From assembly GCA_951406725.2 (NCBI GenBank), contig OX597834.1:26784001-26848000 (forward strand): a stretch of DNA of 64,000 bases, read 5' to 3'. Of this stretch, positions 40,530-54,190 are shown piece by piece. The notes under the pieces are model-generated. The model was given only the letters and a program-made list of their open reading frames with translations. It ran no database searches and was not told the origin of the DNA. The position numbers and the translations under genes are program-made. How positions within the stretch are numbered: position 1 is the first letter of the stretch; each line of letters starts with the position of its first letter. This stretch comes from Octopus vulgaris. Its lineage: Eukaryota.

Positions 40530-40843
40530 AAGGTTAAAGACCCCCTTCGGTTATGAATGACCATGTGACTGCACCTCGAAAGTTCCCATCCGAGGTCGCC
40601 CATGCATGCTAGCCCCAACCCCGCCATCACTACGTCACCGATGTTATCCAAGGGATAGGCAAAGGGGCCAATACAGCTTTGCACCAGTGATGTTGCAACT
40701 CATTTCTACAACTGAGTGAACTGGAGCAACGTGAAATAAAGTGTCTTGCTCAAGAACACAACACACAGCTCAGTCCGGGAATCGAACCCACTATCTCATG
40801 ATTGTGAGCCCGACGCTCTAACCACTGAGCCATGCGCTTTCAC
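40530..40843 (-). mobile_element. Family B-type SINE with a distinct tail and 11-bp TSD
   Basis: tRNA-like head at the right end; CAGTGAATGTA at 40514-40524 and 40845-40855. Confidence 0.75.
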
Positions 40844-40857
40844 ACAGTGAATGTATA

Positions 40858-41090
40858 TACCTATTTCTTTATTACCCACAAGGGGCTAAACACAGAGGGG
40901 GACAAACAAGGACAGACAAACAGTTTAAGTCGATTACATCGACCCCAGTGCGTAACTGGTACTTAATTTATCGACCCCGAAAGGATGAAAGGCAAAGTCA
41001 ATCACGGCGGAATTTGAACTCACAACGTAACGGCAGCCGAAATACCGCTAAGCATTTCGCCCGACATGCTAACGATTCTGCCAGCTCGCC
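40858..41090 (-). mobile_element. Family C SINE
   Basis: Near full-length reverse-complement match. Confidence 0.85.
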
Positions 41091-41474
41091 TTTAAAGTTT
41101 CTGTGTCGCCGCGTTGTGTCACCTACATCGGGAGGGGGTAACACAGTAAGAGGAGAAAATGGCGAGGGGACACAGTGGCAAAATGATGAAATGGTAAGGG
41201 GACAAAATGAAAATTCAAATGTTTGAGGTGTTTCTGCATATTCAGACACAGTACCAAGATCAATGTTTCAAAAATAAGGTCTACCACCCCCACTGGGGCT
41301 TCAGCAACTGCTCATCCTCGACGGAAGTTACGGATACTACATTAGTCCACATTACTTTGTAAAGGGTCATAAGGCCGGTTTCCCAGTTTCTCTGGCGTAT
41401 ATCTACTCCTCCCTGGACGGGACGCCGGTCCGTTGTAGGATCACTCATTTTTACTTGCTGAGTCGACTTCAAAA

Positions 41475-41800
41475 GGAGCACTCCGTCGGTTACGACGACG
41501 AGGGTCCCAGCTGATACGATCAACAGAACAGCCTGCTCGTGAAATTAACGTGCAAGTGGCTGAGCAATCCACAGACACGCGTACCCATAACGTAGTTCTC
41601 AGGGAGATTCAGCGTGACACACAGTGTGACAAGGCCGGCCCTTTGAAATACAGGTACAACTCATTTTTGCCAGCTGAGTGGACTGGAGCAACATGAAATA
41701 AAGTGTCTTGCTCAAGGACACAACGCATCGCCGGGAATCGAACTCACGACCTTTACAATCGTGAGCCGAATGCCCTAACCACTAAGCCACGCGCCTTCAC
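41475..41800 (-). mobile_element. Family B-type SINE nested in an older SINE (41370-41925), 12-bp TSD
   Basis: GCTGAGTCGACT at 41457-41468 and 41801-41812. Confidence 0.8.
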
Positions 41801-42139
41801 GCTGAGTCGACTAGAACAACGTGGAATGACGAGTTTTGCTCAAGAACACAAACACAACACATCCCGGAATCGAAACCACAATCTTACGATCACGAATCAA
41901 ACATCCTAACAACCAACCCAAGCGTCGATGATTACAGATAACCGAGGCAGAAACCCCCCCCCCCCCCCCACCATTTGTTGAGCCTCAACCCTGACCCATT
42001 TATGATTCGAACTCGTATTCGTTGCACACAAAGCAATTATGTTAACGAGTGCATTACAGATCGTCTATCGCCACTATACAAGCAGAAAATTCTAGAAAGG
42101 AACCAAGTAATTGGATGCGGTAGGAAATCCAATCGTAAT

Positions 42140-42316
42140 TTCAGTGTTATCTACAAATCCATCATCTAATATTTTCTCTGTTAACTATTGCTTTCTTTTA
42201 AATGTGTTAGCTACAAAATTCATATAATATTTGTTGTTATCTACAAATCCATCTAATATTTTTCTCTGTTATCTTCAAATCCATCTTTTATTCTCTGCCG
42301 TTATCTACAAATTCAT
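42140..42316. repeat. Short degenerate minisatellite
   Basis: GTTATCTACAAATCCATC-like motif about 5 times. Confidence 0.7.
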
Positions 42317-42741
42317 CAGTGGTGGTGGTGGCTGAACGTTGCAACTTGAATTCATCTTGTGATTTGAAGAGGTTGAAGTGTGGGTCAGTGATATCAAGGA
42401 TGAAATATTCTAGAATTTTTAAGGATCTGTATAGTTAGGGGATGGGTATATCTGACCATACATCATTTGGGCTTTTGTTGGGTAATAAGATTGTTACAAT
42501 TTCACCCAGGTTTCATATCCTGGTTCTTTGCCTGCATTGGGTTGAGTTGTTGCCGGTGTTTTTGACGGCAGGGATTTCCGCAAAACGTTTTTGTTCCCAT
42601 GACAATTATTTTACCTTTCTGTATTTTGGATATCTGATGAAAACGAAACGTCAAAAGCCTGGTCTATCAGGTCATCCCATAAGTTCTGTCCGAATTTTGA
42701 ATAAAGAAAGCAAGTGATCAAATGTTATATTTAATTGAAAT

Positions 42742-43235
42742 TTAATCATCAACGTACTTTCCCTGATTATCTATGACTTCCTTTACAAGCTTTTTACAAG
42801 CTTTTTAATCCCATCAATGTAAAACTCTTTTGGTTTCAAAGCAAAGAACTCTGAAATGTCAGTTTCAACCTCCTGCTGGCTTGCGAAAGTTATGTGCCCC
42901 AAATGATTGTGTAAACTACGAAACAAATGGTAGTCTGAAGGAGCAAGGTCGGGAGAATAAGGTGGATGAAGAATTTTTTCCCAACCAACCTCTTCGATTT
43001 TCTGTGATGTGATCTTTGCAGTGAAGGGTCGCACATTATCCTGATGAAACATCACACCTTTTCGATGCACTAAAGTGGGTCATTTTTTCTTCAAAGCTTG
43101 GTTCAAACGCTCTAATTGCTGACAGTAGACTTGATCATTGATTGCTGCATTAGGTGGTAACAATTCAAAGTGAATTACTCCCTTGCAATCCCACCAAATA
43201 CAGAGAAGAAACTTTTTCGCATGAAGTTCCCTTCA
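42742..43235 (-). pseudogene. Mariner (DD34D-type) transposase C-terminal fragment
   Basis: LLCIWWDCKGVIHFELLP...YCQQLERL...*...FHQDNVRP...HPPYSPDLAPSDYHLF; internal stop and 3' frameshift. Confidence 0.9.
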
Positions 43236-43239
43236 TAAG

Positions 43240-43520
43240 AAAATTAGTGAATTGGGTTCACAGTAGTAAATTAAGAGGAAGTCATGAAAAAGCTTTGCTT
43301 TGGATGCATTTATTGAGACAATTAAAAAAGAGTTAAGTTTCTTTCTCTAACATTTTACATAGTTCATCCTACATAAGTTGATATGTGACACACAAAATAG
43401 GAATTTCGAAAGAAGTATCTATAAAACTAGTTTTTAAACAAACAATGGTTATGGAGGTCCACCAGAATAAAATAGTAATCAAAGGGGTCCGTAGATGATA
43501 AAAAGGGTTGAGAACCACTG
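43240..43520. mobile_element. Right end of a hAT (Charlie-like) non-autonomous element
   Basis: Ends AAAAGGGTTGAGAACCACTG; no left TIR seen. Confidence 0.45.
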
Positions 43521-43828
43521 ATCCGGATAAAAGGTTTGTGTATTTTATTTTTTGCTACTTTCTTCACGCAAAGAATCAAAATTTTGTGATCAGGGTGTTC
43601 ATAATGTCCTGGGTTCGATTTCTGAGTCTAGCAGTGTATTATATTCTGAGCAAGTTTCTTCATTTCCCGTTGCCTCACTCTTAATCTACTCAACAAATAT
43701 AATTACCAACCGAGTGCAGATGATGCCCTCTCTCCCTTCAGCCGTTTTCTCTTCCTCCGGTATCCAGGATATTCTGCTGGGTTACGAATGAGGTAGGCCG
43801 AGACGGTATCTATATCTCCTCTCTACTA

Positions 43829-44059
43829 GGCGGCGAGCTGGCAGAATCGTTAGCACGCCGGACGAAATGCTTAGCGGTATTTCGTCTGCCGTTACGTTCT
43901 GAGTTCAAATTCCGCCGAGGTCCACTTTGCCTTTCATCCTTTCGGGGTCGATAAATTAAGTACCAGTTACGCACTGGGGTCGATATAATCGACTTAATCC
44001 GTTTGTCTGCCCATGTTTGTCCTCTCTGTGTTTAGCCCCTTGTGGGTAGTAAAGAAATA
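43829..44059 (+). mobile_element. Family C SINE with 18-bp TSD
   Basis: TATATCTCCTCTCTACTA at 43811-43828 and 44060-44077. Confidence 0.9.
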
Positions 44060-44684
44060 TATATCTCCTCTCTACTACTCAAACACTTAAAACGATTAAC
44101 AAAACCATGCTACATGCTACCAACCTATATCCACTCGCGAGTAACGGTTGCTTATATTTCACTCAGTTCATGCGTTCTTTCTGCGGTTTTTCGTGACTGA
44201 ATTTCGAGAAATGTCTCGTAAGGGCGTTTGCTTGTTATTGCCGTGTGGGATGCAACATTTGAAGTTGTTATGGTGGCCCGAAGGCGTGCTGTGACCGATT
44301 TTGCAGTTAATTATTCTATATAATATTTCACAGTTAGTTTTTTCTGGTTTATGCTTTTATACAACCGTTTACGTAGTTTCAAATTTTTCTTTGGTTTATT
44401 CATTTATTTGTTTTGTTATTTCATTGATTCATTCTTTGATCTTTAGTCTTTAGTCTTTTGTCTCTTGTTTCAATCATTGGACTGCGGCCATATGAAGTAC
44501 CGCCTTAACAGGCTTAGACGACCAAATCGACTTCAGGACTAATCTAATTTTTAAAGGCCTGATACTTATTCTATCGTTCTCTTTTATCCCAACCGAAAAG
44601 TTACGCGGACGCAAACAACACCGGTTCTCAAGCAGTGATGGTGGGGTGGGGACAAACACAAAAATACACGTACATACATACATA

Positions 44685-44855
44685 GGCGCAGGAGTGGCTG
44701 TGTGGTAAGTAGCTTGCTAACCAACCACATGGTTCCGGGTTCAGTCCCACTGCGTGGCATCTTGGGCAGGTGTCTTCTGCTATAGCCCCGGGCCGACCAA
44801 TGCCTTGTGAGTGGATTTGGTAGACGGAAACTGAAAGAAGCCTGTCGTATATATG

Positions 44856-44888
<33 letters not shown>

Positions 44889-45107
44889 ATGTGTTTGCGT
44901 TTGTCCCCCTAGCATTGCTTGGCAACCGATGCTGGTGTGTTTACGTCCCCGTCACTTAGCGGTTCGGCAAAAGAGATCGATAGAATAAGTACTGGGCTTA
45001 CAAAGAATAAGTCCCGGGGTCGATTTGCTCGACTAAAGGCAGTGCTCCAGCATGGCCGCAGTCAACTGACTGAAACAAGTAAAAAGAGAAAAAAAGAGAG
45101 TAAAAGA
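44685..45107 (+). mobile_element. Family A SINE
   Basis: Full-length head, microsatellite and tail. Confidence 0.9.
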
Positions 45108-45579
45108 TATATGCATGCATACATACGTGCACGCATTCATAGATAGATACGACGGTCTTCTTTCGGTCTCTGTCTACTAAATCCACTGACAAGGCTTTGG
45201 TTGGCTCATGCCTATAGTAGAAGACACAATGGACTTCTTATCATACGGCCACGTCTGCGCCTATGATGACGTTGGGTTTCATTTCTGGTTGTGAGTAGTT
45301 TTTATGTATTACGATAGTCTTTATTTTATCTTTCTTATTTTCTATGAGTATCTTTCTCTTTTCTCTTTTATTTGCTTCAGTCATTTGACTGCGGCCATGC
45401 TGGAGCACCGCCTTTAGTCGAGCAAATCGACCCCGAGACTTATTCTTTGTAAGCCCAGTACTTATTCTATCGGTCTCTTTTGCTGAACCGCTAAGTGATG
45501 GGGACGTAAACACACCAGCATCGGTTGTCAAGCAATACTAGTGGGACAAACACAAATACACACACACACATATATATAT

Positions 45580-47001
45580 GTAGTAATTTCTGTATATTTA
45601 AGATGTTTGATATTTTATTACATTATTCCATTCATAATTTTTAAGTAATGTTCGTTTACCACGCGCGAAGAATTTTTAATTCCATATATTCCATTCATAA
45701 TTTTAAGTGACGTTCGTTTACATAGCGAGAAGACTTTTTATACATATGTTAGGTTCCTATGGTAACGTATTTTTGTTTGACGTTATAACGGCTAGAGTTT
45801 AATTTCACTTCATAAATTGAAACTGATTTGAAAGAATGTATATATTTTTTCTCCTTATGGTAATCTTGTTACTTATGATATTCTGGTTAATTATGGAGTA
45901 TTTTCTATATCGTATTATGTGTAATAATGTTGTTTTTCTTTAGAGTTTTTATGTATGCGTGAATGTGTGTGTGTGTGCGTATTTTGGTTGTGTAATTTAT
46001 TTATCTGTATGAGTGTGGGTGTGAACATATTGTTGTATATATCGAGTTTAGTACATATGTATATGTGAGGGGGTATACGTATATGTTGTGTGTGTGTGTT
46101 TTACGTATATGTATTTGTGTGTGAATGTATATATGGAGATTGCTATATAGGTATAATTGTGTATGGTTAAAGGGAGTTTTATCATTATATGTATATATGG
46201 GTTTCTTTTATCATGATGGTTTATTAATGTTTGGAGTAAATTTTGTATATTTACGTTGATTATATATTATTCCATTCATAATTTTTAAAAATACGTTCGA
46301 TCACCACGTGTAAAGAATTGTTTATTTTTCTTTTGAGTGTTTATGTATGTGTGAATGTGGGTGTGTGTGTGTGTGTGATTGTTTGCGTAATTTATTTATC
46401 TGTATAGATGTGGGTGTGAATATATTGGTGTATATATCGAGTTCTGTATGTATGTATATGTATGTGTGAGCGGGTATATGTATATTGTTTATGTATGTGG
46501 GTTGTATGTGTGTGTGAGGGAGTATGAATAAGTAATGCGTTGAAGTATTTGGCTATTTTATTTATTTATCGTTGCCTAGACGTTTTTATGTGTATGTATA
46601 GGGATATATATATAGGTGTGTGAGTTAGTGTATGTATTTAGATATGGTTATATATACTTAGTTATAAGTGTATGCGTATGTGTGTATATATAGTTTATTT
46701 ATCTTTTTGTTTTATATTTAATTGTTGATAGGGTTGATTTTAGATTATATATTGATTATATATGGACTATATATAGGTTATATATAGATTATATATTTAT
46801 ATTTTTTTATTATTTTAAAATTATTTTAAAATTATATTTTAATGTATTAATATTTTAGATCGGAAATCCACCTGAAGATTGTCATTGAGGACATGAAACA
46901 ATTGTAGTGGCGGTTTTTTTACTTTTTATTAAAATTTTATGTATTGATTAAGTCTTTCCTTGTTTGTTTTACAAAATAGTGGTTTTGTCTCTAATTAATA
47001 T
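45580..47001 (+). mobile_element. Non-coding hammerhead-bearing element (Penelope-derived or retrozyme-like)
   Basis: No ORF in the track; internal duplications; hammerhead about 90 nt before the 3' end; inserted in (TA)n. Confidence 0.6.
46868..46910 (+). ncRNA. Minimal type I hammerhead ribozyme with intact core
   Basis: CCAC-CTGAAGA-tTGTCattgagGACAt-GAAA-CAATTG-TA-GTGG; palindromic stem III; predicted cut after 46906. Confidence 0.8.
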
Positions 47002-47435
47002 TATATATATATACATATATATACGACAGGCTTCTTTCAGTTTCCGTCTACCAAATCCACTCACAAGGCTTTGTTCGGCCCGAGGCTATAGCAGAAGACA
47101 CTTGCCCAAGATGCCATGCAGTGGGACTGAACCCTGAACCATGTGGTTGGTAAGCAAGCTACTTACCACACAGCCACTCCTGCGCCTATATATATGCCTA
47201 TTTCTGATGACTATTTCGGGTTCTTTTAAGGAATACACTTTGGCAATGTTGCCATGATGGTGACTTCGTCGTTGCTGAATTCTAAAAGCCTCGATTCAGT
47301 TTTTTGATGATATTCGTTCACAGTTTGTGATTCTCTTTTTAATTCTATGAAATACATTTTAGATTCTTTATCAACGCGCAAATATCCTGTGGTGGTAATT
47401 GGTAGGTGGTCTGTGAAATGTTAACGAATTATTTA

Positions 47436-47665
47436 CCTATTTCTTTATTACCCACAAGGGGCTAAACACAGAGGGGACAAACAAGGACAGACATAGGTAT
47501 TAAGTCGATTACATCGACCCCAGTGCGTAACTGGTACTTAATTTATCGACCCCGAAAGGATGAAAGGCAAAGTCGACCTCGGCGGAATTTGAACTCAGAA
47601 CGTAACGGCAGACGAAATACCGCTAAGCATTTCGCCCGGCGTGCTAACGTTTCTGCCAGCTCGCC
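47436..47665 (-). mobile_element. Family C SINE
   Basis: Near full-length reverse-complement match. Confidence 0.85.
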
Positions 47666-47964
47666 GTTACCAAGAGCTAGCGGTAGTTAGGTGTGTAGAG
47701 AAGCAGGCGATGTCTGGGAAAGGAAGCGGGATATGTGTCTACGCTAGCGTCTGCCATACGAGCACCAACAATTTAACCTCTTTAAGTCCGATAAATCTGT
47801 CATTTTAATGAATTTTAATTATCTTTTTCTGATGATATCTGAACCCCCACCACTGCAATTTTAGCAAAACATATTAAGCAACACTAACAATAAATCAAAA
47901 GACATAAAAATAAACAAGCTTTTGACGGTTTTATAGATATTTCAAAATTATGATACTATGATGC

Positions 47965-47995
47965 TAGGTGTTTCCATTATTTTGTTCAACCTCTG
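47965..47995. mobile_element. Single Tc1-like terminal inverted repeat
   Basis: Reverse complement CAGAGGTTGAACAAAATAATGGAAACACC next to TA; partner TIR not found. Confidence 0.4.
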
Positions 47996-48343
47996 TATGT
48001 ATATGCGTGTGTGCGTGTGTTTTTCTCCTTCCACTATGACTTGATAACCGATGTTGGTGTGTTTACGTCCCGTAACTTAGTGGTTCGGCGAAAGACACCG
48101 ATAGAATAAGTACTAAGCTTACAAAGAATAAGTCCTAGGATCGATTTGTTCGACTAAAGGCGGTGCTGCAACATGGCCGCAATTAAGTGACTGAAACAAA
48201 TAAAAAAATAAAAGAATACAAGAATATATATGTGTGCGTGTGTGTGTGTGTGTGTGTGTTTGTGCATTTGTATACATATATATATATATAAATACACAAA
48301 CACACATTCACACACATACATATATATTTATACATGCATATAC

Positions 48344-48385
<42 letters not shown>

Positions 48386-48435
48386 TACACATACACACAC
48401 ACACATACATATATATGCTCAAACATATATATATA

Positions 48436-48840
48436 GGCGCAGGAGTGGCTGTGTGGTAAGTAGCTTGCCTACCAACCACATGGTTCTGGGTTCAGTCCCA
48501 CTGCATGGCATCTTGGGCAAGTGTCTTCTGCTATAGCCCCGGGTCGACCAATGCCTTGTGAGTGGATTCGGTAGACGGAAACTGAAAGAAGCCTGTCGTA
48601 TATATATATGTATGTATGTGTATGTATATGTTTGTGTGTCTGTGTTTGTCCCCCTAGCATTGCTTGACAACCGATGCTGGTGTGTTTACGTCCCCGTCAC
48701 TTAGCGGTTCGGCAAAAGAAACCGATAGAATAAGTACTGGGCTTACAAAGAATAAGTCCCGGTGTCGATTTGCTCGACTAAAGGCGGTGCTCCAGCATGG
48801 CCGCAGTCAAATGACTGAAACAAGTAAAAGAGTAAAAGAG
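48436..48840 (+). mobile_element. Family A SINE
   Basis: Full-length. Confidence 0.9.
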
Positions 48841-49293
48841 TATATGTATATACAAGCTTGGCTTTCTAGTGTAGGTTGCGTGGGTCTGTGTGCGATTTCA
48901 TGTGTGTGTGTATGCATGTGTTTCTCTATGTGAGTGTGTGTGTGGTTGTATCGGTGTCTGTGGGCGTGTGAAAGAGAAACAGAGTGAAAGAGTGAATGAG
49001 TGAGAGAAGGAGAGACAGGAAGTTCTTGTGGCTGTCGTCCTCGTTATTGCTTAACCACAGGTCAGTACTAATTGAGCAGACTGCATGATCAATAGCTTTC
49101 CAAAAACTGACCATCCCATCCCATCTTTTTGCATATCTATCAACACATTGATGTCCGATGTGTCCTTCCTGTCTTAAGAGGGTCGAGTGCGTTTTCAGGC
49201 AGTTTGACTGTTATATCTAGTATTTTATGCGTGTGTATACACACACACACACATACATACACACACACACACACACACGCTCACACAGACACA

Positions 49294-49337
<44 letters not shown>

Positions 49338-49424
49338 CATAGATACATATACATATACGTATATACATATATGTGTGTGTGTCTATGCGTGACTCATTCA
49401 CTCACCCTCTCTCTGTCTATCTGT

Positions 49425-49492
<68 letters not shown>

Positions 49493-49507
49493 CCAAAATA
49501 CAAAATA

Positions 49508-49569
<62 letters not shown>

Positions 49570-50321
49570 CATACATACACAGGCTGTCTGGTTGGCGAGC
49601 GTGTGTATATGGAATTTTGTATACATACATGTCTGTATAGTTTTACAGAACTTGCTTTTTCCTTTTATATGTGTATGTGTGTACGCCTGTATTTATGAGT
49701 GCATTTGAATGTGCTGAATGCACGCCTAGAAGTACAGAGACCTTATTCTCGTACTTCATAGTGTAGAGATACACACATACATACATATATGTATCTGCAT
49801 ATACTCACAGACATACACATACGCACTAATACATACAAAAATACGTATTGATACAAACTCACACAAGCATATATAATATTAGTAAACAAATGTCCACATA
49901 CATATATCTCCGCAGATTTTGGGCTGGGCATCCAATTGTTCATTCTTACATACAATAATTCATTTATTCACATAAACCCAGACACACACACACATTCACA
50001 AATATACACACTTCATGCACATACATACATACGTACATACATACATACATACATACATACATACGTAATACATACATGCATACGTACATACATACATACA
50101 TACATACATACATACATACATACATACATACATACGTACGTACGTACATACATACATACATACATACATACGTACATACCTACATGCATACGTACATAGA
50201 TACATACATACGTACGTACGTACCTACATGCATACGTACATAGATACATACATACGTACATACCTACATGCATACGTACATAGATACATACATAGGTACA
50301 TACATACATACATACATACAT

Positions 50322-50354
<33 letters not shown>

Positions 50355-50362
50355 TACATACA

Positions 50363-50396
<34 letters not shown>

Positions 50397-50602
50397 CATA
50401 CATACATACATACATACATACATACATACATACATACATACATACATACATACATACACACATATATATATATTACGTCATATGTAAACAAACATAAGTT
50501 TGTGTTTGAAGCGTTGAAATGTATTGTGGAAGAAGTAAAAAGATATATTTTTCCTCAACACATAAATGCTGAACAATATATATTCAGGATAAAATCCACC
50601 CC

Positions 50603-51026
50603 TTTTTTTTTAAGAGCAGAAAAATTTGTCGGCAACCAGCCATGAGGATCGAACTCCCATCCCTCTAATATCCGGTTAGAGAGCTCTACCTTTAATCTAA
50701 ACTGCCGATCAGCAATGCTTAGCGGTATTTCGTTTGTCTTTACGTTCTGAGTTCACATTCCGTCGATGTCGACTTTGTCTTTCATCCTTTCGGGGTCGTT
50801 AACTAAAGTACCAGTTGTGCACTGTGGTCGATCTAATCGACTGGCCCCTTCCCCCCCAAATTTCGGGTCTTGTGCCTACAGTAGAAAAGAGTAAATTCAG
50901 ATACAGAAAGAATTTGTTGGTTGGCAGTTTAGCTTAAAGGTCGAGCACTCTAACCGGATATTGGGGGAGTTTTAGTTCGATCCTCATGGCTGGTTGCCGA
51001 CATATTTTTCTGCTCGTAAAAAAAAA
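50603..51026. repeat. Inverted pair of tRNA-like sequences around a truncated family C-like SINE (50715-50890)
   Basis: 50603-50716 is an imperfect reverse complement of 50913-51026; TAGCTTAAAGG and GTTCGATCC boxes. Confidence 0.7.
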
Positions 51027-51900
51027 GAAGAAGAAGAAGAAGAAGAAGAAGAAGAAGAAGAAGAAGAAGAAGAAGAAAAAGAAGACGATGACGACGAAGA
51101 AGAAGAAGAAGAAGAAAAAGAAGACGACGACGAAGAAGAAGAAGAAGAAGAAGAAAAAGAAGACGATGACGACGACGAAGAAGAAGAAGAAGAAGAAGAA
51201 GAAGAAGAAGAAGAAGAAAAAGAAGGCGATGACGACGACGAAGAAGAAGAAGAAGAAGAAGAAGAAGAAGAAGAAGAAGAAGAAGAAGAAGAAAAAGAAG
51301 ACGACGACGACGAAGAAGAAGAAGAAGAGGAAGAAAAAGAAGACGATGACGACGACGAAGAAGAAGAAGAGGAAGAAAAAGAAGGCGATGACGACGACGA
51401 CGAAGAAGAAGAAGAAGAAGAAGAAGAAGAAAAAGAAGACGACGACGACGAAGAAGAAGAAGAAAAAGAAAAAGAAGAAGCAAAAGAAGAAGAAGAAGTA
51501 AAAGAAGTAGTAATAATAGTAGTAGAAGAAGAAGAAGAAGACGACGACGACGACGAAGAAGAAGACGACGACGACGACGAAGAAGAAGAAGAAGAAAAAG
51601 AAGACGACGGCGACGAAGAAAAAGAAGAAGAAGAAGAAGAAGAAGAAGAAGAAGAAGAAGACGACGACGGCGACGAAGAAGAAGAAGAAGAAGACGACGA
51701 CGACGACGAAGAAGAAGAAGAAGAAGAAAAAGAAGAAGAAGGAGAAGAAGAAGAAGAAGACGACGACGACGAAGAAGAAAAAGAAGAAAAAGAAGAAGAA
51801 GAAGAAGAAGGAGTAGTAGTAGTAGTAGTAGTAGTAGAAGAAGAAGAAGAAGAAAACCAACAACAACAACAGCAGCAACAATAGTAACAACAAGAGGAAA
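51018..51900. repeat. (GAA)n/(GAC)n compound array
   Basis: Direct reading; source of the poly-E/D/K/F/S ORFs. Confidence 0.95.
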
Positions 51901-52074
51901 AACAACAATGATGACAAACATAATAAGAGCAGGAACAAAACAATAGCAACTACAACGACAACAACAAGATGAACAACTAAATTGGTAAGTAGAATTTGGT
52001 AAGGAATACGACATCGACAGGGAAGACCAATGAAAAAGAGTTTGAGAAGAGTCTTTTCGAATGTTTCATGGATA

Positions 52075-52490
52075 CTCTTTACTCTTTACTCTTTTACTTG
52101 TTTCAGTCATTTGACTGCGGCCATGCTGGAGCACTGCCTTTAATCGAGCAACTCGATCCCGGGACTTATTCTTTTTTTGTAAGCCCAGTACTTATTCTAT
52201 CGGTCTCTTTTGCCGAACCGCTAAGTAACGGAGACATAAACACACCAGCATCGGTTGTCAAGCAATACTAGGGGGACAAACACAGACACACAAACAAACA
52301 CACATACATATATATTTATATATATATACATACGACAGGCTTCTTTCAGTTTCCGTCTACCAAATCCACTCACAAGGCATTGGTTGGCCCGGGGGCTATA
52401 GCAGAAGACACTTGCCCAAGATGCCACGCAGTGGACTGAACCCGGAACCATGTGGTTTGTTAGCAAGCTACTTACCACACAGCCACTCCT
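52075..52490 (-). mobile_element. Family A SINE
   Basis: Near full-length reverse-complement match. Confidence 0.9.
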
Positions 52491-52815
52491 GAGAGATCAA
52501 ATTGATATCATTACATTTCAAAGGATATCTACATACCATTGGATGAAGAAGAGGAAATCTCAAACTAGACAAAACTGATTCTAACCAAAATACAAAGGAA
52601 TTCTGCTGCAAATAACGGCAATAAATAGAAACGGAGATTCTCTGTGACTTCCTCTTCTTCTTCTGTAAAAGTTTAAAGAGTTTCGTTCATTTCGTAGAAG
52701 ATGTCATCAAGATATCAGCTTCCAGTGAGACAAGACGAGAAGCGAGAAACCATGGCGGAATGTACAGAGCACTGAATGGGTCTCTGTCTGTGTGTGTGTG
52801 TGTGTGTGTGTGTGC

Positions 52816-52855
<40 letters not shown>

Positions 52856-52976
52856 TTGTGTGAGCGCGCGCGTGTGTGTGAGCGCATGTGCGTGTGTACA
52901 TATATGTACGTCTATATATGTGTGTGTGTTTGTGTGTATGTGTGTGAACGCGTGTGCGTGTGCATATATATGTGCG

Positions 52977-53010
<34 letters not shown>

Positions 53011-53390
53011 CGTGTGTGTGTGAGCGTGTATGTGTGTGTGAGCGCGCGCGTGTGTGAGCGCGTGTGCGTGTGTACATATATGTACGTCTATATATGTGTG
53101 TGTGTTTGTGTGTATGTGTGTGAACGCGTGTGCGTGTGCACATATATGTGCGTATATATATATATGTGTGTGTGTGTGTATGTGTGTATGTATCTCTTCC
53201 CCTCTCTCCGTCTCCTCTTCTCTCTATATATTTGTATATCAACATATGTATGCGTGTAGGTGTGTATGTGTTTGCGTGTCTGTATATAAATGTGTGTACG
53301 GGCGTGTGGAAACTGGTATATGTATGTATACATATATATGTGTGAGTATGTGTGTATTTGTGTGTGTGTGTGTGTGTGAGTGTGTGTGTA

Positions 53391-53429
<39 letters not shown>

Positions 53430-53927
53430 ACTGAGGCGGGGTTTCGCTGTGAATAAAGTGCGGTTTCATGAAAAGGCAAGTTACAGAAGAACCTGTGAAA
53501 TATTCACCATAATACTAAATGGAAGAACATAAAAGAAAAAAAATGGAAAAGTAAAAAAGAATAAAAAAAATAGCAAGGGAAAAAGATACATAACTGACAT
53601 TGTTATTTCGGGGTTCGTGAAGTGGAGTTTGGAATCAGGTTTAGTAAATACAGGAACACAGGAATATTCTGTTACCAAAGTGAAGGAATTACTGGCAAGA
53701 AGATATTACTGAGGAGACAGAAAACAAACATATATTTCAGCATCACTAACAGATACGATGAAGCGAAATGGCTATATTTGATAAGGTGTGAGACGTTTTG
53801 GCACAAGCGTTTTGGCGTCGTCCATTTGGAATCGTTCATTCAAAGCAGACTTATTTGACAGTAGACGTTTTAATGCTTTTCTCGTACTCTGTTTCCTCTC
53901 TGTCTCTGTCTCTGTCTGTCTTTCTCA

Positions 53928-53989
<62 letters not shown>

Positions 53990-53998
53990 GTCTGTCTA

Positions 53999-54047
<49 letters not shown>

Positions 54048-54057
54048 CCGTCTGTCC

Positions 54058-54090
<33 letters not shown>

Positions 54091-54094
54091 CCTA

Positions 54095-54190
<96 letters not shown>

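Larger units (their letters stand above)
45360..47186 (-). mobile_element. Family A SINE split by a 1.4-kb insertion in its central (TA)n
   Basis: 3' half at 45360-45579, 5' half at about 47002-47186. Confidence 0.85.

Noticed and set aside
47226-47420. 64-codon open frame on the minus strand (HFTDHLPITTT...)
   Set aside because: No recognisable domain or convincing splice boundaries.
44584-48933. Recurrent peptides such as RQASFSFRLPNPLTR and GVFTSPSLSGSAKETDR
   Set aside because: Translations of SINE family A, not a gene family.
50994-51884. 296-aa acidic poly-E/D ORF
   Set aside because: Pure GAA/GAC repeat that is open in most frames; its start lies in a repeat arm.
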